Positions 16,970 through 25,877 of a DNA stretch of 56,546 nucleotides are shown here, in pieces. The notes under the pieces are model-generated. The model saw only the letters and a program-made list of their open reading frames with translations, did no database searches and was not told where the DNA came from. How positions within the stretch are numbered: position 1 is the first letter of the stretch; the number at the start of each line of letters is the position of its first letter. The position numbers were made by a program, and so were the translations under genes. Location: contig JAFCFJ010000007.1 of the NCBI GenBank assembly GCA_017608705.1, forward strand, positions 1 to 56,546, read 5' to 3'. Origin of the DNA: Candidatus Pacearchaeota archaeon (GTDB lineage: Archaea > Nanobdellota > Nanobdellia > Pacearchaeales > GW2011-AR1).

Positions 16970-19241
16970 TTATGCTGTCTCAACATATATAGCTGGTTTG
17001 CCTGGCTTAGCCTTAGCAGCCTTGCCCTCTGGGTCATGCTTTTCCTTGTCGTTGGTAGCATAGATAACTAGAGGTATGCCAAATACATCGAAACGCTTGC
17101 TCTCTTCCTTATAAAAAACGAGCTCCTGTGGTAAGACATAGAGATAAATCTTAACTGGCTATCAGCTTGTGGCCAGCTCGCTATGCTAACAAAATCTTTG
17201 TTGCCAAGCCTTGCCCAAAGCTCCTCGGCTGTGTGAGGCATGAACGGCGAGAGAAGCTTGATAAAGCCTTCATAGCTCTCTCGCGGCACTTCCTGTTTCA
17301 TGCTAAGGTAATCTGTAAATTTCATAAGACTAATTATTGCCTTAGGAAATTCAAAATTTTCTATAGCTTCTGTCACATCCTTGATAAGCTTGTTAAGCCT
17401 ATAAACTCCAAGCTCGTTATCAGTGTCGCTTGTAACATGCTTTTTCGAAAGCATGATAACCTTTTTCCAGAACCTATAAACACCTTCAATACCTTTATCG
17501 CTCCACTCAAGCTGGCTCTCTGGATTTGCTACAAAAAGCAGATATGCGCGTAGCGTGTCCGCATTATATTTTTCTATCATCTCGATAGGATCAACAACAT
17601 TACCCTTGCTCTTGCTCATTTTCTCACCGCCGAGCGTGACAATGCCTTGATTCCTCAATCTCAAGAAAGGTTCGCCAAAACTAATCAAGCCAAGGTCACG
17701 CAATACCTTAGTGAAAAAGCGTGCATAAAGCAAATGCATCACAGCATGCTCTGCACCGCCAATATAGAAATCAACAGGCATCCAATATTCAACCTTTTTT
17801 TTCTCAAATGCTTCCTTCTCGTTCTGTGGATCGCAGTAACGTAAGAAATACCAGCTACTATCGAAAAACGTATCAAGCGTGTCTGTCTCCCGCCTTGCAT
17901 TGCCATGACAACGAGGACATTTTGCCTCCACAAAACTTTTGTTGCTTTCAAGTGGATTGCCTTCGCCAAACCGAACATCACGGGGTAGCATGACAGGAAG
18001 ATCTTGTTCAGGAACCGGAACAATACCGCAGTTTTCACAATACAAAATAGGTATTGGTGTACCCCAGTATCTCTGTCTGCTAACAAGCCAATCACGCATC
18101 TTATACTCTATAGCCTTGCCCCCAATACCCTGCTCCTCGAAGAATTTTATCAAAGCAACCCTCGCTTCATTGCTTTTCATGCCACTGAACTTGTCAGAAT
18201 TTACAAGTATGCCTTCACCCTCGTAGGCTTCTGTCATCTCTTCAACGTTTAGCTCTTTGCCTTCTGGCTGTATCACCACCTTTATGGGCAAACCATATTT
18301 CTTAGCAAACTCAAAGTCGCGCTGGTCATGAGCAGGCACGGCCATAACACAACCCGAGCCGTATTCCATGAGCACGAAATTGCCTATATAGACAGGAACA
18401 CGCTCTCCATTCACAGGATTGACCGCATAACAACCAATAAACATGCCTTCCTTTTCTTGGCTCTTGTTCGTCAGCCTTGCTCTCCTAACAAATTCTTGCA
18501 CCTTTGCCTCGTATTCTGTACCAGCAACGAGCTCAGCCACAAGCGGGTGTTCTGGAGCGAAAACAATGAAAGTAACGCCATAGATTGTGTCAGGCCTCGT
18601 CGTAAATATCTCTATCTCCTTGCCGTTATCAAGCCGGAACTTTATCTTGGCACCCTCGCTCTTGCCTATCCAGTTTCTCTGCATCACCTTTATCTTTTCA
18701 GGCCAGTCCAAATTCTCAAGTTCTTCCAGCAGTTCCTCAGCATAGGCTGTTGTCTTGAGAAACCATTGTTCAAGATGTCTTATCTCAACCTCTGTTTCGG
18801 GATGACGCCAGCACTTTCCATCAACAACCTGCTCATTAGCCAAAACTGTCTTGCATTTCGGACAATAATCTTTTGCTGTTTCATTATCGCTTCTATGGCT
18901 TTCCTTGTGTAATCTTCAGGATGCACGCCCTCTTTTATCGCAGCATTCTCTGCTGGCAGTCCGAAGCTATCATAACCCATCGGATAAAGCACGTTGAAAC
19001 CTTGCATTCGCTTTACCCGAGCGATACAGTCACCAATAACATAATTCCTAACATGGCCCATGTGCAGGCCATAAGCAGAAGGATAAGGAAACATCTCAAG
19101 GCAATAAAACTTCTCACCATTGAAATCTTCAACTGCAAACACGCCTGCTTCTTGCCATTTCTTTTGCCATTTCTTCTCTATTCCTTCAAATTCCTTAACA
19201 ACATCATTATCTCTGCATTGGGCTGTATTTTCCATTTTCAT
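16970..19241 (-). pseudogene. leuS: leucyl-tRNA synthetase (bacterial-type), reading frame broken near 18870 and between 17068 and 17158
   Basis: The N-terminal ORF 18780-19241 carries the HIGH region ([16 protein letters not shown]). The main ORF 17068-18843 carries VLANEQV, MQRNWIGKSEG and KMSKSKGN. A third frame, 16973-17158, stays open for 62 codons (PVKIYLYV...KPGKPAIYVETA). See the findings for details. Confidence 0.85.
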
Positions 19242-19300
19242 GATACATACCTCAGCGCAGCTTTAAAATTCTTTCTCTTGTCACCAGACCAGAAAAACAG

Positions 19301-20242
19301 CTATGTCATCACTTGCCTAACAACTTCATAATAAAAAATTCTAATGTACGCATAGAAAAGTGAGGAAAGCGCGAGAATAACAAGATACATGATTCCAAGA
19401 AAGACAAAAAATCCAGTAAGCTGTGAAGCAACAGGTCCTTGCATAAGTGCCTGCTCGCTGAAGGCTGTTCCAACTCTTGCGAAAATGATAGAAGAAGAAA
19501 CAGTAACAATTATATTGTTAATAAAATAAAGAGCGCTCACAAGCATAAGGATAAACACGTATGGAAGTAAAAATGCAAATATTCTTGAATAACTTCTGAA
19601 TCCCTTAGCCAAATTATGCGCGAGTATATTTTCCCTTGTCAATAACACCAATGAAACAAAATAGACATGAGCGAAAGCGAGCAACACAAGCAAAATAAAA
19701 AGTACAGCAAAGGTCTTAAGCTTAACAACAAAAAGCAACATAACATAGAAGAGCGGGGCCAACATTACCAAGAAAATAAGGCGCAAAGCAAGAAGCTTAC
19801 CATAATAACTTAGAGTAAATCTTTCTTTCGCAGTAATTTTCCATACGAAAGCATTGAATAGCATGCCAACAAGAAAACTAGCAAGAAGAAAAAGCAAGAA
19901 GGGTCCCAAAACCGGCAAGAAAAGAGTAAGGCTAGTGTTTTCAGCAAGTTGTGGATTGCTGTAAAGCTCGAGTGTTACGCGAAAAAGAAAGGGTAGAAAT
20001 ATAAAAAGAAAAAATAACGCCCACAGCAAGGTAATCAAAATTTTACCGCCCAAGTCTACTACAAAAGATCTCCATAAACGAGAATCCAGTTTGGAGGCGT
20101 GTAAAGCATTGACAAAGCTCTCAACAGCTAATTGAGCCTTGCTCGAAACACCACCACTCTCCGAATTCTTTCCATGCTTTTTCTTATGTCTTGTCACAAG
20201 AGATCTCTCTACATTTCTCTTCCTGCCTCTTTTTTTCTTCAT
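19301..20242 (-). CDS. hypothetical polytopic membrane protein with a basic N-terminus
   Basis: A 313-aa ORF with at least 6 hydrophobic helices. No motif recognised. Confidence 0.45.
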   Translation of the reverse strand: MKKKRGRKRNVERSLVTRHKKKHGKNSESGGVSSKAQLAVESFVNALHASKLDSRLWRSFVVDLGGKILITLLWALFFLFIFLPFLFRVTLELYSNPQLAENTSLTLFLPVLGPFLLFLLASFLVGMLFNAFVWKITAKERFTLSYYGKLLALRLIFLVMLAPLFYVMLLFVVKLKTFAVLFILLVLLAFAHVYFVSLVLLTRENILAHNLAKGFRSYSRIFAFLLPYVFILMLVSALYFINNIIVTVSSSIIFARVGTAFSEQALMQGPVASQLTGFFVFLGIMYLVILALSSLFYAYIRIFYYEVVRQVMT

Positions 20243-20292
20243 GCCGTAAGCAGAAAAAATAGATTTATATATTTTTCTTGCCCCCTGTTTTC

Positions 20293-20844
20293 ATGCCAAA
20301 GAAAACAAAGAAGAAAAATAAGGCAGGCAAGAAAATCAAAGCTTACCTCATTGGCAATGTTGTTATAAGTAATACGCAAGAAGCAATCACGCTTTACGAA
20401 AAAAGCAGATTCGGTGAGTTGCGGGAAGGCAAAATATATTATGCTGCTGTCGAAGCACTTTACCTCGTGGAAACAGGAAAGATGCAGGTTTCCGAAGGAA
20501 GGAAAAAACTAAACTTTGAAAAACTCCTTGCTGTTCTTGCTGAGAATGATAAAAGGCTAAGAACAAAGTATGTTGTATTCAAGGACTTAAGGCAACGTGG
20601 CTACATTGTCAAGACGGCATTGAAATTTGGTGCAGACTTTCGTGTTTATGAGCGGGGCAAAAAACCAGGACAAGAACACGCCAGATGGATCCTCTACGCT
20701 GTTCATGAGAGCGAAGAATTTTCATGGCACGAGTTTGCAGCCAAAAGCAGGGTTGCACATAGCACAAAAAAATCTCTGTTGCTTGGCATAGTGGATGAGG
20801 AAAACGACGTAACATACTATGAGGTTAACTGGCTAAAGCCATAA
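20293..20844 (+). CDS. endA: tRNA-splicing endonuclease (EndA), short homotetramer-type size
   Basis: LRQRGYIVKTALKFGADFRVYERG and SRVAHSTKKSLLLGIVD form the catalytic domain. I set the start at the ATG at 20293, about 25 nt after an ATTTATATATTTT box. Confidence 0.85.
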   Translation: MPKKTKKKNKAGKKIKAYLIGNVVISNTQEAITLYEKSRFGELREGKIYYAAVEALYLVETGKMQVSEGRKKLNFEKLLAVLAENDKRLRTKYVVFKDLRQRGYIVKTALKFGADFRVYERGKKPGQEHARWILYAVHESEEFSWHEFAAKSRVAHSTKKSLLLGIVDEENDVTYYEVNWLKP

Positions 20845-20884
20845 AGAGGGGAAAATATTTATATCCCCCCATCATGCAAAAGCT

Positions 20885-21778
20885 ATGCAAAATTCTACAC
20901 AAGAGGTGAAAGGAAAGATTATCGAGATAATAAGGCGTAAAGGACCGAGCTTGCCTGTTGAGATAGCTCGTGAGACAGGTCTAAGCCCTTTATTTGCTTC
21001 TGCTTTTCTCTCAGAACTTGTGAAGAGCGGGACGCTGAAGCTAAGCCATCTCAAGGTAGGGGGCTCGCCTCTCTATTTCTTGCCAGGACAAGAAAAGCAA
21101 CTTGAAAATTTTATCAACCATCTTCATGAGCGTGAGCGCGAGGCTCTTCTCCTGCTTAAATCGAAGCTTGTACTAAAAGATAAGGAATTGTTGCCAGCTA
21201 TACGCGTAGCTTTGCGCAACCTCAAGGATTTTGCATTTCCGATAGCATACAAGCAGGAACTCTACTGGAAATATCTTGGTGTAAGCAACGAGCAAGTATT
21301 GGAAATAATAACAAAGCAAGAAAAAACTGGTGAAAAATCAGAAAGCAAGAAAGAAGTGGAAAGGACAGTGGATAAAAAGGCCGAAAAAAAGGAGGAAGGC
21401 AAAGAAAAGAGAAGTGAAGAAAAAGCAGAGGAAAAGGCAAAAAAAGCCGGGAAAGAAATAAACCAGGTTGGAGAATTTCTGCAAGCGGTTTTGTCATACC
21501 TTGAGAAACACGATATAAGGCTAGTTAAGGAAATAGAGAGAAAGAAAAAGCAGTTCGCAGCTATAGTAGCAACAGATTCGCGTGTTGGCGAAATAAGATT
21601 CTATATGCTTGCAAAGGATAAAAAACGGATAAGCGAAAACGATCTAGCCTTGCTTTTGCAAAAAGCGCAAGCCGAGAGAATGCCTGCTCTATTCTTGCAT
21701 AGAGGCGAACTGAACAAGAAAGCTAGGAGTTATGCTGAGAAATGGCAGGCATTGTTACGAATAATGAAAATTGAGTAG
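20885..21778 (+). CDS. hypothetical winged-helix protein with a K/E-rich linker and an uncharacterised C-terminal domain
   Basis: The N-terminus IIEIIRRKGPSLPVEIARETGLSPLFASAFLSELVKSGTLK looks like a wHTH. The rest is unassigned. Confidence 0.4.
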   Translation: MQNSTQEVKGKIIEIIRRKGPSLPVEIARETGLSPLFASAFLSELVKSGTLKLSHLKVGGSPLYFLPGQEKQLENFINHLHEREREALLLLKSKLVLKDKELLPAIRVALRNLKDFAFPIAYKQELYWKYLGVSNEQVLEIITKQEKTGEKSESKKEVERTVDKKAEKKEEGKEKRSEEKAEEKAKKAGKEINQVGEFLQAVLSYLEKHDIRLVKEIERKKKQFAAIVATDSRVGEIRFYMLAKDKKRISENDLALLLQKAQAERMPALFLHRGELNKKARSYAEKWQALLRIMKIE

Positions 21779-21842
21779 AGTATGAGCTCTAAATTTTTAA
21801 ATATCAAAATCGTATGATATAAAATAAAAAAGGAGGTGAAAA

Positions 21843-22163
21843 ATGATAGTGTTGAAACGAATTGGTGTGCTGAGCTTTGCGTTGACATGGGCCATAGTCT
21901 TAGCACTGTTCGGAGTGATAATAGGAATAATTTCGTTTATATTCGGAACAAGTGCTTTCTCTGCTATGGGAGGGATGTGGATGCACACAGGAAACAACAT
22001 GATGACTGGTAGTGTTCTGGGAGCGTTCATGATAGTAATCATGCCAATATTGTTATTCATAGAGGGTTTTATAATAGGCGCAATAACTGGTTGGCTCTAC
22101 AACCTCGTGGCCAAGTGGACTGGCGGTATAAAACTTGAATTTGCCGAAATAGCAAAAAAATAA
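21843..22163 (+). CDS. small hypothetical membrane protein
   Basis: A 106-aa ORF with 3 hydrophobic helices and GGAGGTG 5 nt upstream of the ATG. Confidence 0.4.
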   Translation: MIVLKRIGVLSFALTWAIVLALFGVIIGIISFIFGTSAFSAMGGMWMHTGNNMMTGSVLGAFMIVIMPILLFIEGFIIGAITGWLYNLVAKWTGGIKLEFAEIAKK

Positions 22164-22183
22164 TTTAAAACAAAACGGTTGCA

Positions 22184-22200
22184 AAGAAAGATTTAAATAG
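22184..22200 (+). promoter_or_regulatory. BRE/TATA-like promoter box (AAAGAAAGATTTAAATAG) for rps17e
   Basis: It lies about 30 nt upstream of the ATG at 22230. The same AAGATTTAAA core recurs upstream of tfb and rpl44e. Confidence 0.5.
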
Positions 22201-22229
22201 CCTTGCTTTTTCGCCACTATTATACTAGC

Positions 22230-22421
22230 ATGGGGAGGATAAAAACAGTATTAGTAAAGAGAACAGCAAAAGAATTACTAGCAAAACAACCAGATTTATT
22301 TAGCGACAGCTTTGAAACCAACAAAAAGCTCTTAACAGGCGTCATACCGAGTAAGAAAATAAGAAACCAAGTAGCGGGCTATATCACAAGACTGAAGAAG
22401 AAAGAAAAGCAGAAATCATGA
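22230..22421 (+). CDS. rps17e: 30S ribosomal protein S17e (eS17)
   Basis: MGRIKTVLVKRTAKELLAK... is the typical eS17 N-terminus. I trimmed the start to the ATG at 22230. Confidence 0.85.
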   Translation: MGRIKTVLVKRTAKELLAKQPDLFSDSFETNKKLLTGVIPSKKIRNQVAGYITRLKKKEKQKS

Positions 22422-22463
22422 TGAGCGTTTGCTCATAAAAATAACAAAAACAAGGAGGTCAAA

Positions 22464-22754
22464 ATGGCTGAAGAAAAACAAGACGAAAACGTTGTGTTTG
22501 TTGGCGGGAAGCCATTCATGAACTACGTAACTGCTGTAGTGATGCAGTTCACAAAAGGAGCGAGTGAAGTAGTGGTTAAGGCAAGAGGTAAGTTTATAAG
22601 CAGAGCAGTGGATGTGGCCGAAGTTGCCACAAAGAGATTCCTTAATGACCAGGGCGTAACAGTAAAAGACATAAAGATCGACAGTGAAGAATTTGAGAAC
22701 AAGGAAGGTAAGAAAGTCAACGTTAGCACAATAGAGATAACCCTTGGCAAATAA
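22464..22754 (+). CDS. albA: DNA/RNA-binding protein Alba
   Basis: [46 protein letters not shown] lies 7 nt upstream of the ATG. Confidence 0.9.
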   Translation: MAEEKQDENVVFVGGKPFMNYVTAVVMQFTKGASEVVVKARGKFISRAVDVAEVATKRFLNDQGVTVKDIKIDSEEFENKEGKKVNVSTIEITLGK

Positions 22755-22768
22755 ACACAGAGAAAAAA

Positions 22769-22812
22769 ATTTGTTGATTTTGTTTTTTCTTTTTCTTTAT
22801 TTTTTCTTTTCT
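22769..22812 (+). terminator. oligo-T tracts downstream of albA (archaeal-type terminator)
   Basis: TTTGTTGATTTTGTTTTTTCTTTTTCTTTATTTTTTCTTTTCT follows the albA stop directly. Confidence 0.4.
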
Positions 22813-22848
22813 GAAAAAATTTAAAAATATGTGGCGTGGAGCTAAAAC

Positions 22849-23529
22849 ATGGTTTGCATACGTGTCTGCTTAATCGGAGCTGGCGATGTAGAATTGCATT
22901 ATCAAAAATTTCTCAACATTACTGAAAAAGACTTCAGACGTGAGATAGAGCAGATTGCAAAGGTATTGGCTGAAAGTAAGGCAGAGATTGTGTTTCTTCC
23001 AGACCGTGGTGTTTCATTTGAGATAGCGAAGCTTTACAAAAGCCAGGGCGGGGAAAAGGTTATAGCTACGGTTCCGCTCAGCGATCGTGATTTCGGTATT
23101 GAGCATCTAAAGCCATATATGGAAACAAAGATCAATGGCAAAGAGCTCATAGACCAAACAATCAACACAGAAAATTGGTACAAGCAGGATTTGTTGCATT
23201 GTATCTTTGCCGATGCAGTATTGTTGCTTGGCAAATCCCTCGGTTCGCTTGGCGAACTCTGTTATGGTTTCTACCTATACAAGTTATTTGCAGGCAAGAA
23301 ACCAGGAGTTGATGCTGCAAGAGAGAGCATCCATAAAGAGGCAAGAGCCGGTAAATATATGCCGTTCACTCTCCTTGTCTATAAACCTTTTGTCAAAAAC
23401 AGGCTGGATGAGGAAATAGAGAAATATATAGAATATGTTGGCGGAAAAATCGCATACGTAAGTAATGCGAGTGAGCTGAAAAGCAAGCTTGAAGAATTCT
23501 CAGCCATGATAGAAAAATCTGCTGAATAA
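22849..23529 (+). CDS. putative SLOG/LOG-like Rossmann-fold protein (TIGR00725-like), function unknown
   Basis: The N-terminus has CLIGAGD, then VFLPDRGVSFEIAKLYKSQGGEKVIATVP, then AVLLLGKSLGSLGELCYG, which resembles the LOG-family GGxGTxxE segment. This is a weak call made by eye. Confidence 0.4.
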   Translation: MVCIRVCLIGAGDVELHYQKFLNITEKDFRREIEQIAKVLAESKAEIVFLPDRGVSFEIAKLYKSQGGEKVIATVPLSDRDFGIEHLKPYMETKINGKELIDQTINTENWYKQDLLHCIFADAVLLLGKSLGSLGELCYGFYLYKLFAGKKPGVDAARESIHKEARAGKYMPFTLLVYKPFVKNRLDEEIEKYIEYVGGKIAYVSNASELKSKLEEFSAMIEKSAE

Positions 23530-23584
23530 ACTCCAGCTAAGCATGCAATAAAACTTTTAAAACAAGCTCGCTGTTTTCAAGTAT

Positions 23585-23657
23585 GCCTCTGTAGCTCAGG
23601 GGTTAGAGCGCCGGTCTCATAAGCCGGAGGTCGTGGGTTCGAATCCCACCAGAGGCA
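23585..23657 (+). tRNA. tRNA with CAT anticodon (elongator Met or Ile2), G1-C72 type
   Basis: The cloverleaf is GCCTCTG/CAGAGGC acceptor, anticodon arm CCGGT-CTCATAA-GCCGG and T arm GTGGG-TTCGAAT-CCCAC. An AAACTTTTAAAAC box lies about 25 nt upstream. Confidence 0.9.
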
Positions 23658-23666
23658 TTTTCGTTT

Positions 23667-24410
23667 TCAGTATCCCAACTCAAAAATAGAACCGGTACAA
23701 TTCATCTCGCCCACTTTCCTCAGTGCATCTTGGAACAGTCTCCCTTTTTCTACCTCGAGAAAGATGCTATTAAGTGTTATAGTGTCCAAAACACAGGTGC
23801 CATCTCTCTGCTCGCTCGCTGCTTTTTCTAGCCCCTCGATTATTTTTGCTATTTCCTCTTCAGTTTTTCCTCCTTTCTTCAAATACTCAATTTGCTCATC
23901 CGTGAAACTCAATGATACATTAGTGAGTTGTGCAGAAAGCCTGCATAGCTTCCCTTGTCTATCTAGTGAAAAAACTATCCTTACGAAACGTGAAATCCCA
24001 GTCTTGGTAAAATTTTCTCCCAGCACAAATTCGGCTGGCCTGCAATTCTTTGTTGCTTTTACAAAACAATGAACATCCGTCTTGCAGTCAACCCTTTTTA
24101 TATTGGTAAACCAATAAACAAAAGCAAAGAGGATAAGAACAAAAATAAAGATCACCAAAACAAAGCGGTAGACTATTTTTCTTTGCCTTCTTCCCTTTTC
24201 TTCTTTCTTGCTTTCTTCTCCTTTTATTTTCTCCTCCTTAACTTCCTCTACATCATTCGCTTTTTGCTCCTCGCCTAAAATCGCAAGCTCCAACGCTTCA
24301 TTTATTTCGGAATCAGATAAGCCTTGCTTGAGAAGATATTTTGTTATTTCATCAATTGACTTGGACGGCATAGAATTCTTTATGTATTCAACAACCCATT
24401 TCTCAACCAT
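23667..24410 (-). CDS. hypothetical single-pass membrane protein with a Cys-containing extracytoplasmic domain
   Basis: A 247-aa ORF: acidic N-terminal region, one TM segment (VLVIFIFVLILFAFVYWF), then a C-terminal domain with 5 Cys. Confidence 0.4.
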   Translation of the reverse strand: MVEKWVVEYIKNSMPSKSIDEITKYLLKQGLSDSEINEALELAILGEEQKANDVEEVKEEKIKGEESKKEEKGRRQRKIVYRFVLVIFIFVLILFAFVYWFTNIKRVDCKTDVHCFVKATKNCRPAEFVLGENFTKTGISRFVRIVFSLDRQGKLCRLSAQLTNVSLSFTDEQIEYLKKGGKTEEEIAKIIEGLEKAASEQRDGTCVLDTITLNSIFLEVEKGRLFQDALRKVGEMNCTGSIFELGY

Positions 24411-24831
24411 CTTTATTCAGTACATTCCTCAGCTTCTCTGCCACTTCCTCAGCCTTACCTTCTTCATATGGCTTGCCTTTCCAGTGTTCCAGGCCATCAT
24501 TTGCGTAACGCGGAATAACATGGATATGAGCATGCATAATTAGCTGACCAGCAGCAGACATATTGTTCATCAAGAGATTAAAACCTTCTGCATTCAAGGC
24601 CTTGAGTTGAGCATAGCCTATTTTCTTCATCACAGCCATGAGCTCGCTTGCAAGGCTTTCTGGCATATCCAACAGATTGGAGAAGTGTTGCTTCGGCAAT
24701 ACAAGAGCATGGCCTGGATTAACAGGATTTATGTCGAGAAATGCTATTATGCTTTCGCTCTCGTAAATAATGCTTGCAGGAACTTCATGTCTTGCGATTT
24801 TGCAAAATATACAATCCTCTTTTTTTGCCAT
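24403..24831 (-). CDS. HIT (histidine triad) family nucleotide hydrolase
   Basis: CIFCKI and the triad HAHIHVIPR are present. Confidence 0.9.
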   Translation of the reverse strand: MAKKEDCIFCKIARHEVPASIIYESESIIAFLDINPVNPGHALVLPKQHFSNLLDMPESLASELMAVMKKIGYAQLKALNAEGFNLLMNNMSAAGQLIMHAHIHVIPRYANDGLEHWKGKPYEEGKAEEVAEKLRNVLNKDG

Positions 24832-24882
24832 AACCTAATTTAATAGAGGGAATATAAAAATTTATCCCAAGAAAATGATGAG

Positions 24883-24953
24883 TGGACCCGCCGCGAGTCG
24901 AACGCGGATCTCACCCCAGCCAAGGGTGCGTCATGCCATTAGACCACGGGCCC
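24883..24953 (-). tRNA. tRNA-Ala (GGC)
   Basis: The minus strand reads GGGCCCG TG GTCT AATGGCA TGAC G CACCC TTGGCTG GGGTG AGAT CCGCG TTCGACT CGCGG CGGGTCC A. A G3:U70 pair is present, which is the Ala identity element. The anticodon loop has U at position 37, which is unusual, so the isotype is less certain. Confidence 0.75.
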
Positions 24954-25008
24954 ACATCAAAGCTGTAAGTCAAGAATTTTAAAAAGCTTTTGATAATCGT
25001 TGTGCAGT

Positions 25009-25812
25009 TTATGACATAAGCCTCTCATATTCTTCAGGCGCATCATCGAGAAATTTCTTCATGCCTTCTGCTGTTTTATGGTGGATAAGCATCTCACGAA
25101 TTACACTGAGGGGTAGTGTAGCTATATGAGCGCCGACCAAGGCAGCCTCTCTGGCCTGTCTTGCATTACGCATGCTGGCAGCTATAACCTCTGTTTCAAA
25201 GCCATAATTCTGCAGAACCTTAACACACTTTGCCACAAGGTCTATACCGCTTACTATGCCGTTATCATCTATGAGAGTTCCGTCCTTTTCCATGCCATGC
25301 TGGGGAAAATAATCATGTTTCTCAAAACTCATTCCAAGCTTGCTCCTTATATAATCATCAACACGGCCGGCAAACGGACTTACATATTTTGCCCCGGCCT
25401 TTGCTGCGAGCAACGCCTGTTCTGGCGTGAATATGAGGGTGCAATTCACTGGCACACCAATCTCTGTCAGTTCTTTTATTGCTTTCAGCCCATCATAGCA
25501 TGCTTTTGATTCTGTAGAAGGATTGATAGGAATTTTTATCACAACATTATTGGCTATGCTGTTGAAGCTATCAAATAATCTTTCTGCCTGTTTAACCATG
25601 CCTTCGTGGTCTGTAGCTGTAATCTCTAAGCTTACAGGCAAACCATTCGCTATACGTAGGAGTTTCTCAACATAGGCCTCCATATCCTGGATCTTATGCT
25701 TCTCCACCGCTTTCTTTATCAACGAAGGATTAGTTGTTACACCATCAAGTATGCCATAGCTTCTTACCTGCTGCACCTCATCTATATCTGCAGAATCTAT
25801 AAAGATTTTCAT
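25009..25812 (-). CDS. transaldolase / fructose-6-phosphate aldolase family protein
   Basis: MKIFIDSADIDEVQQVRSYGILDGVTTNPSLIKKA and the Schiff-base region VVIKIP are present. I trimmed the start to the ATG at 25812; AGGAG lies upstream. Confidence 0.85.
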   Translation of the reverse strand: MKIFIDSADIDEVQQVRSYGILDGVTTNPSLIKKAVEKHKIQDMEAYVEKLLRIANGLPVSLEITATDHEGMVKQAERLFDSFNSIANNVVIKIPINPSTESKACYDGLKAIKELTEIGVPVNCTLIFTPEQALLAAKAGAKYVSPFAGRVDDYIRSKLGMSFEKHDYFPQHGMEKDGTLIDDNGIVSGIDLVAKCVKVLQNYGFETEVIAASMRNARQAREAALVGAHIATLPLSVIREMLIHHKTAEGMKKFLDDAPEEYERLMS

Positions 25813-25877
25813 TTTAGCATAGCTCCTGAAACTTCTTTCCTTCTCGCACAAGCTGATGCATAACATCCGCAAGCCTA

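Noticed and set aside
18780-18915. Programmed ribosomal frameshift as an explanation for the leuS N-terminal break
   Set aside because: About 44 conserved residues are missing at the junction, so a frameshift alone cannot restore a normal LeuRS. I see no slippery heptamer plus structure.
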